Origin: Hydrolagus colliei
Lineage: Eukaryota
NCBI GenBank assembly: GCA_035084275.1
Contig: CM068746.1
Span: 18,786,001 to 18,850,000, forward strand
DNA: 64,000 nucleotides
Direction of reading: 5' to 3'
Within the stretch, counting starts at the first letter, position 1. Each line of letters starts with the position of its first letter. Below the pieces are notes generated by a model. The model saw nothing but the letters and a program-made list of their open reading frames with translations, was not told where the DNA came from and did no database searches. The position numbers and the translations under genes are program-made. Below, one piece after another: positions 58,681 through 64,000 of the stretch.

Positions 58681-61600
58681 CTTTTCGCCACCTGTGTTTC
58701 CTCAGGGAATTATTCCCTTCACCCATGACAAGAGGATGGCAGGGAATGAATGAATGAATGAATGAATATTAGCAATGTTGAGTTTTTAACCTGCACTGCT
58801 CTCGACTTTACAGCGATTATTTAAAGCTACTGAGAATACAACTATGTCCTGCCTATGTATCCTGTGGAACTGAACAATGCCAGCAATCTTCACATGGTAC
58901 CTTTGAACCCTGGGAACATCTGTCAGCCACTGACTGACGAGAATTCACACACACAGTCCAGCTTTGCTTTTCACTTGTGTGAGTTTTAACTTGACTGTGT
59001 AGTGGGACATTCTTTGCTCATTTCAACTGAAGGTTACTGGGAGCAACTACGAGGCAGCTATGAGATCATGGGTGAAATCATATTGAACTGAGAAAGCTAA
59101 AAGTGAGCAGGGTCTAGCAGTTATCTGAGCCTCTAGATTAGACTACTGGCTGCTTCAAATGACTCAATTACATTAAATCTACACTGTTAGACGCATGGAT
59201 ATGTTTTAAAAGCTGGACCTTGTGTTTATACAGTACTTCGTAATTGTGTGTCGTACAAAATGTTTTAATTTTCTTACGAACCAATACTTTAAACATGGAT
59301 GCAGCTCAATAATACTCTGAGCCCAATGGATTCTGGTCACCCACTGGTTCCTCTTTGAAATGGTCATTCTTTTTGTTGCGTGTCAGACGGTGCGTCTCAG
59401 GAAGCAATCTCACTGAGAAGAGGATTACGACCGATCCCAACTTGTCCCAGTTGAAACCTGTGCTCATCCAATACACACACACCCACCCACCGCTTTCCAC
59501 AGAGGTCACCGGAAAGCGATTAGTCTATATAATTCCCTGCCTCATTCAACACACCCGCTTCTTTTCCTGATTTCAGATTAGCCCACTTAACACACATTAG
59601 CGAATCAAACCTGGGGAGAAAGGAGGTGTCACCAAGTCATTTCTGCACAGGATCATCCTATGAATTGCAGCTGTGTATCAAGCATCTGGTACCTTTCTGA
59701 CTGGTACTTGAAATAACATTGAAATACAATACTAACTGATAACTAAAACGGTATGATTCTTTTTTTAAAAGTTTTATTTAAAACTTATAGCTATGGGAAC
59801 AAAGTAAAATCACAGAACCGCAAAACTGACCGACAATCAGATGTCACTGTCACTCTGCAATATCTTATTTTCCTTCAGTCCCGGATTAGCTCAGCAGTTA
59901 TTGAACCCTGATTATTCACTGAACTGCCCTCAATGTCCACCTACTGTTCACAGAAAGGAATAGGACAGGCACAAACATCATGTTCAGGCTCAGCTAACTA
60001 GCATTCCCTGTGCACTATAATCATCTTCAACTGTGATCACACAAAACGAGTGATTAGAGGCTTTTAACAGCTTTGTTCAAAACCAGTGTATTCCTGTCCA
60101 AATTAAAACCTGTGCCTTGTGTTTATAGGATACTTTGTAATCTCAAAGAGAAAATCTCCCTCTGTTTCAAACTATGCAAGTCATTTTAACACAATAACAC
60201 TTCAGGGATGCTGCCCCTTTTGTGAGAATTAGCTCAAAGAAGAGGGAGGTTCAGTGCATCTGGAGTTCATCACAGAACAGAGGACTGGGTCAGGCGGTCA
60301 CTGAGCAGATGAAACAGCAACATTCAGGAGGGGATAAAGAATGTTAGGAGTGGCAGTAGTAAGGCCAGATTGTAAATATGTCTGTTGCTGGTTACAATCC
60401 GACTAAAAATAAAATCAATAAATTCCCCTTCATTTGCTTTATCCAGCTATGAGAATGGTATTAATTGGATAAAACAAATAATATTGAAATACCAACTGAT
60501 TCAATAGATTGATGTTGAAACAGTGTTATGTAGTTCAGTGGTTAGGTCACTTGCCTCGCAAGCGAGTGGACCTGGGTTTAATTCCCAGGTAGGGTGAAAC
60601 CTGATTGTTAGTCGATTGGGGTATCGATTTACCGAAGGTAATAATAATATATTCAAAAACATACTTGTTTTTAACTAAACTATTAGAATAAAAACAATTC
60701 AGGTACTATATATTATCCAATGAGATAAGTTAGAGAGTAAAACGATGTAGAACAATTTCCCTATTCCAAAAAGATCTCCACAAATTTACTAAGTCCTGAT
60801 TTTTTTTCTGCCAAATCTATGCCACAGGAAGCATCTAATTTCCTTTAAACTTCACACTCGAGGAATAGCCAAGGAAGGTGGCCTTAAAGAGTGGTTAGGC
60901 TCCAGTTCAAATGGCGTTTGACTATTTTTTGTGGCTGAACTTTTCAAAGCAGGCAGACGTATCCCACATCTTGGATGCCTGATGTGGTGGATCAGGATTC
61001 TCTATGCCCCAGAGGTGCAAACTCAAACAAACTAACCTCTGATCCTAACTGAGAGTTAGAAGAAAGCACTTTTTTTTAAATGGTTGATCGTGATAAATGT
61101 TCTTAACTCTCTGGGAGAAGGGGAATCATCCTTGACCTGAATTTGATGTTTTACTTAAATTTGAAGTGAAATAAAAAAGTTTCTGGTCATCTCATGGCTG
61201 TTTGTGGGACAATGTTGTGTGCAAATTGACTGCTGCTTTCACCTACAAATACACGGAGTCACTGCACATTAGTGACAGAAAAATTGTGTGCTTTGAGACT
61301 TGAAGAAGTGATAAACTGTTGAATCAAATGCAAGACTATTATTAGACTCATTGCCCAGACTTCTCTGAACTTTAGTTTGTTTTCTACATACAGGATACTT
61401 GCTATTACTTTGATCCTGCAGAGAAGAGCATTTCACAAAGACCAACAATGCATCCGATTATGATCAGGGTGAAATGTGTAGGAAAGTAATAAGTCTCCTC
61501 CTTCTGCAACACAAGTAGATTTTTTCCTTTTCACCATCAAAACACAGGTTTGTTCAAAAGCCAAAGTGAGAATCAGAGGTAGGTAGAGAATCCAGACCCA

Positions 61601-63189
61601 GTGATCAATTGATCAACAGGGTAAATATACACTTATCGTATTTTGTTAACTGTTGCCATATTCAAAAGGCTAACTTAACCTGTCAAAATGAAAGGTTAAA
61701 ATAGTTCCTACAGGACAGCCATACGACTTTTACAATATATCTAATGCTGTTATTTCTGGTTTATTGGCAGAAGATAAGCAGACACTATGAAAAAGTTATA
61801 TAAACCTGCATCAACCTAAATTATTCAAACAGTCTCAGTATAGTTCACTACACTATGGATGACAGATGCTTCTAGCTAAGTGCGAGGCTCCTGCCCACAG
61901 AGTGGGAAAGCAAAGCTGTAATTCTTTTTCTAATGAGTATGAGATGTTCAGACTTCAGATTTTCCAACACCGAGACATGCTTTAGAATGGTTTTAAAATT
62001 CAAAAAATCTGTGACGGTCTCCCAAGTTTGTAACACAAAGCAGCTGTGAATTTTGTAAACTGAAAAGGCACTGTGTGTATGTGTGTATATATAAATAATA
62101 CAGCCAATGTGATCATTAGCTTCATTGTCTCTCGATTTTTCCATTCAGAATAGATCCTCCTAAAGGTGAACTGGCAGATGTCCATATCCACAGTGACGCA
62201 CATTACAGATATACCAAGAGCGTTTGAAACAGGGCTTCTTTGAAAGGTTTGTTTTAAATCAACTTAAGTCAGTCTGTCTTCAAGCAGGACATTATTCGTT
62301 CTGTTTGATCGTCTGAGGTTTGAACTCTCAAATTGGCCACTAATGCAAATTAAGGAAAGATGGGCTCTCCAGGCCTCTGGCATCATGGAAACAGATGGTT
62401 GTTCTGCTTATTTAGCAACCATTTCCATTCTTAAAGCAATGGTGATGATAATGTACATTAATGCAGTGCTTATTGGGAGCAGAGTCCCTCAACTGATATA
62501 TAAAAAGAACCCCCTTTCAGGTGCTTGTTTCATCTGAAGACAACAATGTCACCTCAATTATTTCACTGCCTGCAGTCCACAGCACATCAAGAGACACCAA
62601 CTTTCCTGCCTCAGAAAATAATGATCTTCAACTTGAAGTTCACATGACCAAAGATGTTTTTATTTTTAAGCAAATTGTGCATTATGTGTGCAAAGCTTTT
62701 TTGTCACCACACTTGGGTGAGGTTTCCACATGTTTAAATATTTTTCTAACACTACCAACTGAAAAAGTGTGAGACCCTGGGGTGATGGGAGTCAGGATTT
62801 GCATGGACCATAGGAAAGAAAAAAAATCAATGCAAATATTCTTTCTCTGAAAGAGCCCTAGGTGTACATTTCATTGAGTGACATTGGACTCAGTTGACAC
62901 TGCCTGGTGAAAAATGATTGATGCTCATGTGGACTCACCGACACTTGAAACATCACGGCTACTTTTGGTTTATACTCCATGTTTGGTTCGTCTCTTGGAA
63001 ATCTTATGTCGTATTTCTGTTCCATTGATTTTGGTTTCAAATGAACTCCCAATATTAATAACTGAATGATCGCAGTTTGATACAAAATGGTTTCATTGGT
63101 GAACCATCACCCAGTGGAGTCCAAGGGTTTACCTCAATCAGGTGGATGGAATAAGAAACTATTGGAATTCCATCCCACAATCCCTTCGC

Positions 63190-63356
63190 TTTGCACCCCC
63201 CACCACTAGCCTTCATCAAGTCCCACCTCAAAAGCCTCCTCTTCGACCGTGCCATCGGTCACTTCCCCTTGCTTGGGTCCGAAACACTGACTGTCCAGCA
63301 CCTTAGGACATCCTCCAGACTTGAAAGGTGCTATACAAATGTAATTTTGTTGTTGC
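63190..63356 (+). mobile_element. L2 LINE 3' end
   Basis: FIKSHLKSLLFDRA (FK..LKT.LF..A-type L2 C-terminus) followed by CAGCACCTTAGGACATCC...GAAAGGTGCTATACAAATGTAATTTTGTTGTTG tail. Confidence 0.75.
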
Positions 63357-63575
63357 CCCCCACCTCTGGACAGCACTCAGCAGTGATCTGGTTAATGGGT
63401 GCAATCAGAGGCAATCCTGAAAGTGGGCATATGACCCTTATCACCACAGACATTTCCCGTGCTGCAATCCACGATTGCATGCATAAAGATTCATGTAACT
63501 AACTGGCACGATTCCAACGTAAATGGCTTGACTGTTAGTCTCCATACTTTTGCCACCGGAGGAGCAAGCTAAATA

Positions 63576-63621
63576 CAGTAAAAGCCCGTTTATACAGCAC
63601 CCGCGGGACCTGGCCAATGCC
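63576..63621. mobile_element. MITE family A, truncated third copy
   Basis: TA-CAGTAAAAGCCCGTTTATACAGCACCCGCGGGACCTGGCCAATGCC matches one end of 33024-33221. Confidence 0.8.
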
Positions 63622-63875
63622 GTTGAGATTTACAGTCCAGCGATTCTTTTTAAAATGGAGGATGCCAAGCGGGTGAAAAAAACAGCAACTAGCAGCAAGC
63701 CGATAACCCTAGACTCCACTAGCGGCAAACTGAAATACTGCACCTGCATGACAACGTGGGTTATCGGCTAGGATTATCGGCTTGCGGCTAGTAAAGCTTT
63801 AAAGTTGCGCCCCATTTTTTTCACACGCTTGGCATCCTCCATTTTAAAAAGAATCGCTGGACTATAAACCTCAAC
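63622..63875. mobile_element. Foldback/MITE with ~60-bp terminal inverted repeats
   Basis: GTTGAGATTTACAGTCCAGCGATTCTTTTTAAAATGGAGGATGCCAAGCGGGTGAAAAAAA versus TTTTTTTCACACGCTTGGCATCCTCCATTTTAAAAAGAATCGCTGGACTATAAACCTCAAC. Confidence 0.8.
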
Positions 63876-64000
63876 TGCAGCATCATAGCTTCAAGCGCAG
63901 CATCTACCAGTAAAGGTGAGAAGCGCAAAGAGAGTAGTTTTAACAATAAATACCAATATAATATTCTGTTTTATCTGTTATTATTTATGCATTTACAAAT

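Overview
Vertebrate genomic DNA, repeat-rich, with a 128-nt N gap at 26707-26834. The repeat complement (a tRNA-Val-headed SINE with Deu-like body and L2-type tail, CR1/L2 LINEs, Penelope-type pLTR remnants) points to a cartilaginous fish, probably a chimaera (inference). Two intron-containing genes lie in tandem on the minus strand. (1) An SLC41 (MgtE-family Mg2+ transporter) gene closest to SLC41A2: 8 coding exons from ATG 26428 down to 606, all with GT-AG boundaries and consistent phases, about 413 codons; the last exons lie beyond the left edge. (2) A RASSF3-like gene (RA + SARAH domains): 4 coding exons from 43810 to the stop at 38845, a probable ~4.8-kb 3'UTR ending after AATAAA at 34038-34043, and first exon(s) not found in the window. 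Almost all other ORFs in the track are spurious or transposon-derived. The most interesting points are: the SLC41A2-like/RASSF3-like pair may be a fourth 2R-ohnolog cluster; the transporter N-tail carries endolysosomal-type sorting motifs and an overlapping upstream AUG; and there are a modular SINE family, nested/inverted TE structures and a candidate recursive splice site. I see no evidence for a wholly new biological system; gene names are from recalled protein similarity, not database searches.
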